NCBI GenBank assembly: GCA_050294405.1
Contig: JBNKOC010000019.1
Span: forward strand, 1-64,000
DNA length: 64,000 nucleotides
DNA from: Fibrobacteria bacterium
Lineage (GTDB): Bacteria > Fibrobacterota > Fibrobacteria > UBA11236 > JADFYW01
Direction of reading: 5' to 3'
In this document: in pieces, positions 1-9,701 of the stretch
How the letters are laid out: each line of letters starts with the position of its first letter
Position numbering within the stretch: the stretch's first letter is position 1
The notes under the pieces: model-generated
Database searches by the model: none
Told to the model about the DNA's origin: nothing
The model's input: the letters and a program-made list of their open reading frames with translations, nothing else
Position numbers and translations under genes: made by a program

Positions 1-221
1 GCTTCGGCCTTAGCTTTTGTCTCCGCCTCTTCTTTGGCTTTTTGCTCGGCCTCAGCCTTAGCTTTTGCTTCCGCCTCTTCTTTGGCTTTTTGCTCGGCTT
101 CGGCCTTAGCTTTTGTCTCCGCCTCTTCTTTGGCTTTTTGCTCGGCCTCAGCCTTAGCTTTTGCTTCCGCCTCTTCTTTGGCTTTTTGCTCGGCTTCGGC
201 CTTAGCTTTTGTCTCCGCCTC
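1..221. repeat. Coding tandem repeat, 48-bp unit alternating A/B (96-bp higher-order unit)
   Basis: 1-48 = 97-144 and 49-96 = 145-192; partial A copy at 193-221; encodes a 16-aa repeat on the minus strand. Confidence 0.95.
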
Positions 222-830
222 ATCCGCTGCTGCGTCACCAACCGCGCGAGCAGGCTCATCCACTGCGGTTTCAGTAGCAGGAGATTCTTGTGCGCTACCT
301 TTGGCTTTGGCCAATTTTTCTTTTAATTCATCTGGAGCATAAGGATTTTTCGTTATGTTAGTTAATATTCTGATGTATTCATCTTTATTTTTATCCACCC
401 CATCTTTTTCTATCATTTTCAGGTACTTTGTGCCCACCACAATGTCATCTACTTTCAAGTCATAATAAGACTTCATCATCTCCAAGGGAACATCTTTGCC
501 CATTTGCTCATGCGTGGCTATAAGATTAGTCAAGGCAGCGTAATTACCAGGTTCAATTTTTGTCACTTCTTCATAAGTGGATATGGCTTCATCCCATTTT
601 TCCTGATCAGCGTATAATTGGCCCAATTCCAATAAGGTCTCAATATCTCCTGGCTTAATGGCAAGTGCTGATTTGTACGCTTCCGCAGCTCCGGCCAAAT
701 CATCTTCCCCAATGAGAACAATGGCCTGCTCAATCCAGCCATCAAAGGTTTTTGGCTGCCCTTGAGCCGAAATCACAGACAAAACTATGGAAATAGATAA
801 AACTTTTAAACCATGAAAAATACGAGACAT
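1..830 (-). CDS. Exported tetratricopeptide-repeat protein with Ala/Glu/Lys-rich repeat stalk (3' end runs off the window)
   Basis: Not in the ORF track. Manual translation from ATG at 830 gives MSRIFHGLKVLSISIVLSVISAQG (signal peptide), TPR-like AEAYKSALAIKPGDIETLLELGQLYADQEKWDEAISTYEEVTKIEPGN, then EAE(T/A)KAKAEAEQKAKE repeats; open to position 1. Confidence 0.85.
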   Translation of the reverse strand, partial: MSRIFHGLKVLSISIVLSVISAQGQPKTFDGWIEQAIVLIGEDDLAGAAEAYKSALAIKPGDIETLLELGQLYADQEKWDEAISTYEEVTKIEPGNYAALTNLIATHEQMGKDVPLEMMKSYYDLKVDDIVVGTKYLKMIEKDGVDKNKDEYIRILTNITKNPYAPDELKEKLAKAKGSAQESPATETAVDEPARAVGDAAADEAETKAKAEAEQKAKEEAEAKAKAEAEQKAKEEAETKAKAEAEQKAKEEAEAKAKAEAEQKAKEEAETKAKAE

Positions 831-988
831 GAAATTGACTTCCCTTTTAGATGAATTCCAATAAAATCTGGAACAAAAAGATAGTTATGTTCCCTAAACT
901 GTATACCCCTGCTTTTTAATTTCAGATAAAAAGTGATTATAATTTTATAAAATTTTTAATTTTGAAATTACATCCCAGAGAGATATTT

Positions 989-1528
989 ATGGTTTATTCA
1001 GTTCTAAAATCCCTGCACATCATCGGAGTGGTTTCCTGGTTTGCAGGGCTGTTCTATATTGTTCGGCTTTTTATCTACCACGTGGAATCCAAATCTAAAC
1101 CGGAAGCCGAAAGAAATATATTGCAATCCCAATTCAAGATTATGGAACGCCGGCTTTGGTACGGAATAACGGTTCCTGCCATGGTGATAACAGTGGTATG
1201 TGGTGGCTGGATGCTTTACCTCATGCCTTTTTGGCTGCAAGGCATCAACTCCTGGATGCATTTTAAGCTGTTTTTAGTGTTTTTACTGCTAGTTTACCAC
1301 TTTTGGTGTGGAAAAATTTTAAAGGATCTTAAGCAGGACAAAATAAATTGGAGTTCTCATGGCCTTCGAGTCTGGAATGAAGTGGCCACCATCCTCTTGT
1401 GCGGAATTGTTTTTTCAGTGGTTATCCGCACCATTTCAGGGGCCATCTGGTCCACAGCCATCATGACAGCTGTGGGAGCTGGAATTTTCATTATTTATTC
1501 CAAAATCCGGAAAAAAAAGGCTTCATAA
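989..1528 (+). CDS. hemJ: Protoporphyrinogen oxidase HemJ
   Basis: KSLHIIGVVSWFAGLFYIVRLFIYH, MERRL, WMHFKL and RVWNEVAT are HemJ signature segments. ATG at 989 preferred over TTG at 962. Confidence 0.9.
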   Translation: MVYSVLKSLHIIGVVSWFAGLFYIVRLFIYHVESKSKPEAERNILQSQFKIMERRLWYGITVPAMVITVVCGGWMLYLMPFWLQGINSWMHFKLFLVFLLLVYHFWCGKILKDLKQDKINWSSHGLRVWNEVATILLCGIVFSVVIRTISGAIWSTAIMTAVGAGIFIIYSKIRKKKAS

Positions 1529-1537
1529 TTTAAATGC

Positions 1538-4396
1538 CTAATTTTTGGGAATTTTGTGAAATTTTAGAATTGTAGCTGGCAACAAGATAAAGTCAGCGAC
1601 TACAGCTAAGGCGATAACTGCGGAACAAAGCATTCCCATATCAGAATTCAGGGCAAAATCTGAAAATATCAAGGCCCCAAAGCCCATCACAAGAATAATG
1701 GAAGTAAAAAGGATTGGAGCCCCAACCTGATTTAAGGCTTCTGTAAAAGCATGCTCACCCCGGTGGCCCTCTTTGATAGCATTTAAATACTTCACAAGAA
1801 AATGCACAGAATCGTCTACGCAAATACCGAGGGTAATCATACCCACTACGGCTACGCTTAGGTTCACCGTATAACCCACAGCTCCCACCAATCCGAAAAT
1901 GATAATAATTGGCCAAACATTTGGGATCATGCTAAAGAGACCAATTTTCACCGAGCGGAAAGTAGCCATGAGCACCAGGGTGATAAACACAAAGGAAATG
2001 CCAAGGCTCACTAACATACCTGGAATCGCTACATCCATTAATTTACCAAACATCACAGGCACTCCAAGTCCTCGCGCGGCTGTTTCAGGCATATTTTTTT
2101 CTAACCATTGGTTTATTTCCTCTATGATTTCCAACTGGCGCCCACTGGAAACGGAGCGAATAAAGGCCACAACTCTGGCTTCCGAATTGTCCAGATTCAC
2201 TTGGTTGGTAATTTCCATACCCTGAGGAAGAGACATGGTATAAAGAAGCATGTACTGGGCAATTAGATTGCGAGCAAATAAGGTATCGCCTTCTGCTATG
2301 ACCGAATCTCGAAATGGAATGGAATAATAACCGGGATCATCTCCATGCATGGTTTGGTTGAGGCGCTTAACCACATCGGCAATAGAAGATACATAGGTAA
2401 TTTCAAACTCGGGATGGGCTTTTATAAAATTGGCAAACTTTTCAATTTTTAATAAGAACTCCGGGTCGTACACGCCATTTTCTTCTCCGGACTGAAATCG
2501 CAATTCCAGGGCATTTGTGCCGATTATATTGGCATCAATAAACTCCGTCGCCTGTCTAAAAGATGTTGTAGGCGAAAAATATTTGACAGCATTGGAATCC
2601 ACATGGATATTCAGCATCAGCGCCAAGCTAATCACAGTCAACCCCCCGGCGACCCAACGAATGGATTTTTGGTTTTGAGTTACAAAATGGGCTATCCAAA
2701 TATAAATGGGAGCCGGCTTTTTTAATTTTTCATGGGCATCTTTATGAACCCTGGTCCTAAAGGGCAACAATGATAAAAAAGCAGGTAAGGTAAATACAGA
2801 GGCAAAAAAGGCATAGATAGTTCCAGTTCCGGCAAAAATTCCCAGATCATTAAAAGGAGGAATGTCCTGAAAAACAAGGCTATAAAAACCGATGGCTGTT
2901 GTAACGGATGTTATTAAGCAAGGCAAAAAGTTTTTTTCCACAGTTAATACTACAGATTGTTTTTTATCCAGCCCGTTTCTTAGCCCCCGATAGAAAACAG
3001 CCAATATATGCACAGAGTCCGCTATGGCTACAGCCACTAACATTTGCATCACATTCATGGATACATTTGTTAAGTACCGGTCAAAGGCGCCCACAAAAAG
3101 AAAAATGGGGAAAACAATGGCCGTAAACAAAAGAATCATGGGCAAGAAAACCGACATGGAGGAACGCAAGGTAACACCCAGAAAAACCATGATGATTAAA
3201 AACATCACAGGAATCAAAGTCTGCATATCATTTTGGGCGTATTCCTTAAAAGCATTGTTTAGCATAACCGTTCCACCCAATTTAATATCCAGATTATTAT
3301 TGGGTTTTTGCGCCAGTTGAGAGTGGGTTTCCCAATTGGTTTGGCTTAACTCAGGAAGGCTTAGATCTAAGTTTTGGCTTTTTAAAGCGCTATACATGGT
3401 TTCAAAATCAGCATCCAAATTTTTATCCACTGCGTTGTTCACAGCTTCCTCAAAATCAAGTTCTTTGTTTTCTTTTTTTAAAGCGTCCACTTTTTCATGT
3501 ATAGTTCCCAATAAAGGAGAGTTAAAAAACTCATCCAGGGTTCCAGGGTTCTTAGTCCACTTATCCACAACGTCCTGATGAAAGCGCACTTGTAATTTTT
3601 GCGCTAGTTTGGCGGCCGTCTTTTTGTACTGAACATTTTCCGCATTTAAATAAAGGAGCTTTTGTAAAAAATCTTTTTTGTACTGGGAATATCCCGAAAG
3701 AATTTCATTGGTTAGAAATACCGTAGCTTTTTGAGCTTCTTCCAGAGCTGTTTCAAATTCCGGGGGGGCGATTACTCTCAAACTGATTTGGGTCAAATCG
3801 GCTTTTTTGGAAATTAAAAAATGAGGCATCAGGGAATCATTCAATGCCAAATGCTTTTTACGGCCCAATTCCTCTTTTGTTTCGGGCACTTCATCAATAA
3901 AGTCCTCCACTAACATATCGTCTTCATCCACAGTGGTATAATTGAAGTTGGTCAACCCGTCCACCCTGTTTACATAAGGCACGGACCAACTTTTATCCGT
4001 GATTTCTTTGATGCTGGCTAAGTTTTCCTGGGTAAACAAGTCTCCGTTTTTGGCCTGGACTACAATTATCAGGTTATCCTCTTTTACAAAGACTTTTTGG
4101 AGCTCATCATATTCCATTAAGTCCCGGTTATCGCTTTTAAAAAATACATGATAATCCGCATTAAAAATGGGAGGGGGAGCTTTGTGGGTAGAATCAAAAG
4201 CCATTGGGTTGTTGCGCAACTCTTTCATGTAAGCAACATGTTCTCCAAATTCTTTACCCCGATTAACCATTGCTGCGGTGACAACCACTAAAAGGGCAAT
4301 GTTAGATAGTATTATGGCCCACCGGTACTTTAAAACAAATAGACCGATTTTATGGTAAAGGGATTTCATCTGATTTTCGCTAGGGGCAGCTGACAT
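1538..4396 (-). CDS. MMPL/RND-family transporter
   Basis: Two hydrophobic repeat halves with AIADSVH and GICVDDSVHF motifs and large periplasmic loops. Confidence 0.9.
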   Translation of the reverse strand: MSAAPSENQMKSLYHKIGLFVLKYRWAIILSNIALLVVVTAAMVNRGKEFGEHVAYMKELRNNPMAFDSTHKAPPPIFNADYHVFFKSDNRDLMEYDELQKVFVKEDNLIIVVQAKNGDLFTQENLASIKEITDKSWSVPYVNRVDGLTNFNYTTVDEDDMLVEDFIDEVPETKEELGRKKHLALNDSLMPHFLISKKADLTQISLRVIAPPEFETALEEAQKATVFLTNEILSGYSQYKKDFLQKLLYLNAENVQYKKTAAKLAQKLQVRFHQDVVDKWTKNPGTLDEFFNSPLLGTIHEKVDALKKENKELDFEEAVNNAVDKNLDADFETMYSALKSQNLDLSLPELSQTNWETHSQLAQKPNNNLDIKLGGTVMLNNAFKEYAQNDMQTLIPVMFLIIMVFLGVTLRSSMSVFLPMILLFTAIVFPIFLFVGAFDRYLTNVSMNVMQMLVAVAIADSVHILAVFYRGLRNGLDKKQSVVLTVEKNFLPCLITSVTTAIGFYSLVFQDIPPFNDLGIFAGTGTIYAFFASVFTLPAFLSLLPFRTRVHKDAHEKLKKPAPIYIWIAHFVTQNQKSIRWVAGGLTVISLALMLNIHVDSNAVKYFSPTTSFRQATEFIDANIIGTNALELRFQSGEENGVYDPEFLLKIEKFANFIKAHPEFEITYVSSIADVVKRLNQTMHGDDPGYYSIPFRDSVIAEGDTLFARNLIAQYMLLYTMSLPQGMEITNQVNLDNSEARVVAFIRSVSSGRQLEIIEEINQWLEKNMPETAARGLGVPVMFGKLMDVAIPGMLVSLGISFVFITLVLMATFRSVKIGLFSMIPNVWPIIIIFGLVGAVGYTVNLSVAVVGMITLGICVDDSVHFLVKYLNAIKEGHRGEHAFTEALNQVGAPILFTSIILVMGFGALIFSDFALNSDMGMLCSAVIALAVVADFILLPATILKFHKIPKN

Positions 4397-4415
4397 ATAA
4401 AATAAACCTCAAAAA

Positions 4416-5750
4416 TTAAAATGTGAAAATAGCCTCTATATCAAGCCTATCCATGTTTTCAAAGTCCGGCGCAAATAAAACGCCATCTCCTTTGAAATTA
4501 AAAAGGCTGCTGGCATCCGAATCGAACCCGGGGATTAACTTGGCAAAAACACCTGCGTATTCCAGCCGTAATTTAAAATGTTTAAATAGCCTTTCTTCAT
4601 AGCGGAAGTTCATAAGCACATCACCCACTCTGTAATCGAAAAAACCGCCTGCTAAAATGTTTCTATCGGAAACATTATTAAAAGTATACCTGAGCCCTGC
4701 AAATATATGGTTTTGAAAGAACCTAACAGTACCCGTTTCCGAAAACTCTTTTCCGCTGTCCGTATCCCCTAAAATTTCCAATATGGTTCCCAGATCGTGG
4801 TTTTGAAACAATAAACCGTACAGGGTGTATTCAAACCCTAAGGTATAAGCAACATAAGGGTCTACGGTAAACCTGGAAATTTGCCCAAAAGGACCTACCA
4901 CGCTAATATCCGTTTCATAGTGATTGTAGACGGCTTCACCCTTAACCAACCAACTTTCCAATACTCCCTGGAAAGTAAGGCCTGCTTTGTGCATAGGTCT
5001 GTACTCCTGAATACCGGGAGAGTTTAAACCTGAGGGAAGAATCCCGGGGAACCTGTCGTAGCCGTTAAAATAGAACAGGTTAAAATCTATAATATTAAAA
5101 AGGGATGTTTTGTATCGAAGAGCCCCTTGCGGACGCCATTCTTTTTTACTGCTGTTGTATTTATGATCGTCATAGCCATTGCTGACATTGGCGAAAAACT
5201 GGCGACTGGTGTTGGTGGGAAATTCTGTAGGCCGGAATTTGGCAAAGTAATACCCTTCCAGAACCTGCTCCAACTCCGTGGGCATCACCAATCGGGTTCT
5301 GATGGCCAACTCCCCTATCTTGGGTGGATCCAGAAAATCTATCTCCCTGTCTGTTTGATTTAAAAAATCTGCCGGGCTAAAAGACTCCACCGCTTTCCAG
5401 GAAAAAATCTGGTACCCGGCCCTAATCTCAAAGTAATTGGTAAAGTAGTCAATGTACAGATCTTCAATTTGCAATTTTCGGCTGCGGCTATCATCCTGCA
5501 AATCCAGAATGATTCGCGGGGTGAACCTGAGTTCCACAGGTAAGCTGGAATGAATTATCAATTCTGTTTTACCATTCAGAGTGGACACCTGGTTTGAAGC
5601 GGTTTTGTTTACATCGCTGTCTTCTGGATAATACCAGTAATCCAGACTCAGTTCTCCCCGATAGTTCAAAAACAAATCCGCAAACAGAGGCACACTCTGA
5701 GAAAAGGCGCCTCCCGCCATTAATGCCAAAGCAATAACTACTCGCACCAT
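4416..5750 (-). CDS. Outer-membrane beta-barrel protein of the MMPL cassette (DUF1302-like)
   Basis: Signal peptide, RAGYQIFSW and SPADFLN segments, C-terminal Phe; lies between the LolA-like and MMPL genes. Confidence 0.7.
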   Translation of the reverse strand: MVRVVIALALMAGGAFSQSVPLFADLFLNYRGELSLDYWYYPEDSDVNKTASNQVSTLNGKTELIIHSSLPVELRFTPRIILDLQDDSRSRKLQIEDLYIDYFTNYFEIRAGYQIFSWKAVESFSPADFLNQTDREIDFLDPPKIGELAIRTRLVMPTELEQVLEGYYFAKFRPTEFPTNTSRQFFANVSNGYDDHKYNSSKKEWRPQGALRYKTSLFNIIDFNLFYFNGYDRFPGILPSGLNSPGIQEYRPMHKAGLTFQGVLESWLVKGEAVYNHYETDISVVGPFGQISRFTVDPYVAYTLGFEYTLYGLLFQNHDLGTILEILGDTDSGKEFSETGTVRFFQNHIFAGLRYTFNNVSDRNILAGGFFDYRVGDVLMNFRYEERLFKHFKLRLEYAGVFAKLIPGFDSDASSLFNFKGDGVLFAPDFENMDRLDIEAIFTF

Positions 5751-5773
5751 TTTACCATTACATCCTTTAATGA

Positions 5774-6547
5774 TTAATCTACCAGCCTTTGCAGAGCTCT
5801 TTGAGTAAACTCAGCCTCGTTGTATTTTTGATTAAGCACCCTGTCGCTAAAGGCCAGAAGGCTTTTTTTCTTGGTCTGCACATTTTCCATTTGAATTTTA
5901 TTGGATCTCCAGGTTTGAGAGCCGTATTTTTTCCAGGTGCCGAAGGTTTGTACTTTGTACAGGGTGTTTTTTCTATCGATGTATTCCATACGCTCCGGTA
6001 AAAAGTCGTCTTTGGTAATAAACATCTTAATAGATACGTAACCCGAATTCTTATATTTAGGGTATTTTTCCACCACATAACATTCTTTCCCATTTATTGT
6101 TTCTTCGCCTAATTTTTTGTAGGTGAATTTATCCAAGGCATTGGAAGTAATATCTTCATAGCTGAACTCAGAGCCCATAAAAGCGCCTGACTTGTTTTTG
6201 GATGTGATTTTTTTCACCCTTCTTAATTCGGGTAAATAGAGCCATTGTTTGTCATCGCCTGCAGGGTCCTGATAAGTTAAAAGGCCTGTTCCCTTAACAT
6301 CGGGAGGATCTAAAAATTGAATAATGGAATAATCTTCGCTATTTTCCCTTTCCATAGTTTTTGAAGTCATTTTTCTAACCACGGTGTCTTGGTTGGCATT
6401 AATCAGATAAAGAGTTGTTTTTACCAATTCCCCGCCAAAGCCACGGTTGTTTTGATCGGCCCGTTCTGCAATTTTACGGCCCTCATTTTCTCCATAGGCC
6501 AATTGCAAAAAAGCCGTTACCAAAATGACCAATCCTAATTTCCTCAT
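5774..6547 (-). CDS. Outer membrane lipoprotein-sorting protein (LolA-like)
   Basis: PPDVKGTGLL, DDKQWLYLPELRRVKKI and FMGSEFSYED motifs; signal peptide. Confidence 0.9.
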   Translation of the reverse strand: MRKLGLVILVTAFLQLAYGENEGRKIAERADQNNRGFGGELVKTTLYLINANQDTVVRKMTSKTMERENSEDYSIIQFLDPPDVKGTGLLTYQDPAGDDKQWLYLPELRRVKKITSKNKSGAFMGSEFSYEDITSNALDKFTYKKLGEETINGKECYVVEKYPKYKNSGYVSIKMFITKDDFLPERMEYIDRKNTLYKVQTFGTWKKYGSQTWRSNKIQMENVQTKKKSLLAFSDRVLNQKYNEAEFTQRALQRLVD

Positions 6548-6564
6548 TTTTTCCTCCTTTTAAT

Positions 6565-7236
6565 TCAAACTTTTTTTTTGCCAGATTTTTTTGGCGATTC
6601 GTCTTTCAACACAAGGCCGCTATAGGCCATCTCCACAATACTTTCAATGCGTTTTCTATAAAATGTTTCATCGTACTCAATTTTTTGGCCTAGTATCCCA
6701 TAGATACCCTCAATGTATGGGCGGCACAAAAAGGTATTTAAACACATCCCCATGATATTAATAAATATGTGTATGGGCTCAATACCCTTTATTTTTTTTG
6801 ATTTGATTTTTTTTTCAAAAATTTCCATGACTTTCAAATGGCCACTTAAAACGGCCTTTTGAGCGGACAAATCTTCAAAGTCAAGGTTGTGGCCGCCAAT
6901 TAGCTCGCGAAATAAAATTTTGCACTGATTAGGTTCCTGGGCCATATTTTTAATAAATAAAGAAACTATTAACTCCAACATGGGTTTCAGTTCCATTTCA
7001 CCTTCGCAATTGTCCAGCTCCTGACTAATAACATCCCAATATTTGGTTTTGCAGTCCGAAAGTATTTCCGTATAGAGTTTTTCTTTGGAACGGTAATAAT
7101 AATGGAGAAGGGCCTTATTAACCCCTGCCTCTTCAGCGATAGCCTGCATGCGCGCTCCAGAAAAGCCGTGCTCGGCAAATTCACCAGCGGCAATTTTTTT
7201 TATCTTTTCTTCTGGAGAAAGTTCTGTTTCAGGCAT
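6565..7236 (-). CDS. TetR/AcrR-family transcriptional regulator
   Basis: N-terminal HTH FAEHGFSGARMQAIAEEAGVNKALLHYYYRSKEKLY. Confidence 0.95.
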   Translation of the reverse strand: MPETELSPEEKIKKIAAGEFAEHGFSGARMQAIAEEAGVNKALLHYYYRSKEKLYTEILSDCKTKYWDVISQELDNCEGEMELKPMLELIVSLFIKNMAQEPNQCKILFRELIGGHNLDFEDLSAQKAVLSGHLKVMEIFEKKIKSKKIKGIEPIHIFINIMGMCLNTFLCRPYIEGIYGILGQKIEYDETFYRKRIESIVEMAYSGLVLKDESPKKSGKKKV

Positions 7237-7242
7237 CTTTTA

Positions 7243-7273
7243 TTTAACCATTTGGTTTAACCAAAAAGTTAAA
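7243..7273. promoter_or_regulatory. Putative TetR operator (two overlapping imperfect palindromes)
   Basis: tttaaccatttggtttaaccaaaaagttaaa immediately upstream of the TetR start codon. Confidence 0.55.
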
Positions 7274-8192
7274 TTAATTTCAAAAAATCCGCAAATTTTA
7301 TAACCAACTTTGGTGATTTTCTTTCAAACTCCTGGGACCAGGGGTTAATTTTTTGAAACAACTCCTCAAAATACTCCCTTAATAAGGAACTCTTTATGCC
7401 CTTTTTTCTCCAATGAAGAAGAGAAACGGCCCCCTGGCTTTTAGAAAGCTTGTTTCCTTTTTCATCTGCCACCAGAGGGTGATGCCAAAATTTAATGGGT
7501 CTCTTATTCCACACCCCCAATTCTCGAACCAAGGCCATTTGATAAGCTGTGGATTCCAACAGGTCTTCTCCCCGGACAACCAAATTCACATCCAAGGAAT
7601 CATCGTATACAATGCTTTGCAGCTGGTATGATGGAACAGCTTCCTTATTGCAAATTAAAAAGTCTGAATTTTTATGAAACTCAAATTCTTTTTTATTCTC
7701 CAGCTCATTATATACAATGGTTTTTATCCCGGATACATCAAAGCGCCAGGGCATGTTTAAACCATCTAAATCAAACCTGTTCCGGCAAATTGCCGGGTAC
7801 CCCCTGGCCTCTTCCCCATTCAATTCATACCAATCCCGTATATTTTTTCTGCTGCAGGAACATGGGTACATTTTTCGTCCGGGAGATTTATCAGCCTGAT
7901 GTTTCGTGAGAATCTCCTGTGAGGTTTTAAGGATTTTTTCAGAGGGGCTGCCTCTATAATACTCCTGTAAATTTCTCGGACCAGAGTAATCGGTAATACC
8001 CAGCCATTCTAAAGAATCATATATATCTTCAATATACTCTTCACGCATCCGTTGGCTGTCAAAATCATCAATGCGCAAATGCAGCCTGGCTTCGTAATAA
8101 GCCGCTATTTTAAGAGTGCAAAAAAAAGACCAGGCATTCCCCACATGTAAATAACCGCTTGGCGTTGGCGCTAAACGGGTGACATAATTCAT
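7269..8192 (-). CDS. gluQ: Glutamyl-queuosine tRNA(Asp) synthetase-like (GluRS catalytic domain only)
   Basis: RLAPTPSGYLHVGN (HIGH), LRIDD, CSC...YPAIC zinc site, VVRGEDL, KLSKS; 307 aa with no anticodon-binding domain. Confidence 0.8.
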   Translation of the reverse strand: MNYVTRLAPTPSGYLHVGNAWSFFCTLKIAAYYEARLHLRIDDFDSQRMREEYIEDIYDSLEWLGITDYSGPRNLQEYYRGSPSEKILKTSQEILTKHQADKSPGRKMYPCSCSRKNIRDWYELNGEEARGYPAICRNRFDLDGLNMPWRFDVSGIKTIVYNELENKKEFEFHKNSDFLICNKEAVPSYQLQSIVYDDSLDVNLVVRGEDLLESTAYQMALVRELGVWNKRPIKFWHHPLVADEKGNKLSKSQGAVSLLHWRKKGIKSSLLREYFEELFQKINPWSQEFERKSPKLVIKFADFLKLI

Positions 8193-8560
8193 GCTTGCTC
8201 GAGAGTTTTTATGCGCATTACAAATACGCTCACAGCCAGGGCTATACCAATCAAAGTCAACTTGCCAATTAAAAGAGGAATAACTTTAACACAGGCGAAT
8301 GTTATGGATACCCACAATAGAGCCACCGTGACAATTTTAGCCCTCATGGGGATAGCCCTATGCTCCCTGTAGTTCCGTATATATTTACCCAACAAGGGAC
8401 TGTTGAGTAATTTGTCGTATAATCTTTGCGAGGAGCGTACATAACACGCCGCGGCCAACAATAAAAAGGGCGTGGTTGGCAGCAAGGGCAAAAAAACGCC
8501 CAATAAACCGAGAATCACAAAAATAGTGCCTGCAACAGCTAATAAAATTTTCAATAACAT
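8189..8560 (-). CDS. YbaN/DUF454 inner membrane protein
   Basis: GVFLPLLPTTPFLLLAAACYVRSS motif. Confidence 0.9.
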   Translation of the reverse strand: MLLKILLAVAGTIFVILGLLGVFLPLLPTTPFLLLAAACYVRSSQRLYDKLLNSPLLGKYIRNYREHRAIPMRAKIVTVALLWVSITFACVKVIPLLIGKLTLIGIALAVSVFVMRIKTLEQA

Positions 8561-8596
8561 ACCGGTTATCCAGTGATTTTTTATCTTTCTACAAGA

Positions 8597-9310
8597 TTAA
8601 TCAAGGCTCCAATCGATTGGATCTTTGCCCTTTTTAATGAGGAACTCGTTGGTTTTTGAAAAATGCCTGCAGCCCAAAAAACCCCGGTGAGCCGAAAGGG
8701 GACTTGGGTGCGGCGCTTTTAACACAAAATGCTTTGTTGTGTCAATTATTGAACCTTTGTTTTGCGCCGGGCGCCCCCATAACAAGAAAACAACATCGCT
8801 AAGTTCATCATTGATTTTTTTAATTGCCGAATCAGTAAATTTTTCCCAACCTTTTCCCGCATGGGAACCCGCACGGTGGGCTTCCACAGTAAGACTGCTG
8901 TTTAATAACAAAACCCCTTGCTTAGCCCATTTTTCGAGGTTACCGTGCTTAGGGAATACCATTCCCAAATCCGCATTAAGCTCTTTGAATATATTCACCA
9001 AACTGGGAGGAGCCGGAATGCCCTTAGGCACTGAAAAACTTAGGCCATGGGCCTGCCCCGGCCCGTGGTAAGGATCTTGCCCCAGGATTACCACTTTAAC
9101 ATCATAAAAAGGACAGCTATCAAAGGCGTTAAAAATAAATTTACCTGGAGGATAAATATGTTTTTTGCTTTTTCGCTCCTCCAGCAAAAACCTTTTTAAT
9201 TCCAAAAAGTAGGGGCTATTAAAATCAGACTCCAACCTTTCCTTCCAACTGGGATGAATACTGGGCTTCACTTGAGTTGTAGCTTTTTGGGGGTTGGCCA
9301 TTTCTATCAT
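8597..9310 (-). CDS. ung: Uracil-DNA glycosylase (family 1)
   Basis: [27 protein letters not shown] and HPSPLS motifs. Confidence 0.97.
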   Translation of the reverse strand: MIEMANPQKATTQVKPSIHPSWKERLESDFNSPYFLELKRFLLEERKSKKHIYPPGKFIFNAFDSCPFYDVKVVILGQDPYHGPGQAHGLSFSVPKGIPAPPSLVNIFKELNADLGMVFPKHGNLEKWAKQGVLLLNSSLTVEAHRAGSHAGKGWEKFTDSAIKKINDELSDVVFLLWGRPAQNKGSIIDTTKHFVLKAPHPSPLSAHRGFLGCRHFSKTNEFLIKKGKDPIDWSLD

Positions 9311-9383
9311 TTACATTTCCTGATTTTATGGGAAGAATAATACCTTCGATGGAAAAAAAATGTAAAAAATTTATAATTGTAGT

Positions 9384-9638
9384 ATGGACACTATTTTAGG
9401 AAGCATGGCCATATTTGGAATTTGCCTGTTAGCAATGGCCTTGGGGGTAATTCTCCAGGGCAAAAAGTTAAGCGGCAGTTGCGGCGGTGCCAGCGAAGCC
9501 CTGCAAAACAAAGGTCTGGATAAAAGCTGCGGCTTTTGCGTTAAAAAGGAAAACGATGTTTGCCCCAGCTCCGAAGACAATGGGGAGTTGGTCCGGCTTG
9601 CCACTTTAGGGGCCCCAAATCGCAAAAAGAAGTTCTAA
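9384..9638 (+). CDS. NqrM/DUF539-like small Cys-rich membrane protein
   Basis: N-terminal TM helix, AMALGVILQGKKLSGSCGG, and further Cys residues (CGFC...C). Confidence 0.7.
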   Translation: MDTILGSMAIFGICLLAMALGVILQGKKLSGSCGGASEALQNKGLDKSCGFCVKKENDVCPSSEDNGELVRLATLGAPNRKKKF

Positions 9639-9701
9639 CGCCAGATAAAAAAACCAGACTTGGTTTTGAACCCGGCAAAAAAGACCTGTGAGGCTGAGGA
9701 G

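Noticed and set aside
1..221. Possible CRISPR array
   Set aside because: Units are contiguous with no unique spacers, are multiples of 3 bp and lie in an open reading frame; no cas genes nearby.
34..342. Plus-strand ORFs 34-342 and 42-326
   Set aside because: Antisense shadows of the repeat in the minus-strand TPR gene.
7269..8192. Full glutamyl-tRNA synthetase (gltX) or its pseudogene
   Set aside because: Too short, with no anticodon domain, but intact motifs and a CxC...YxxxC zinc site fit GluQ.
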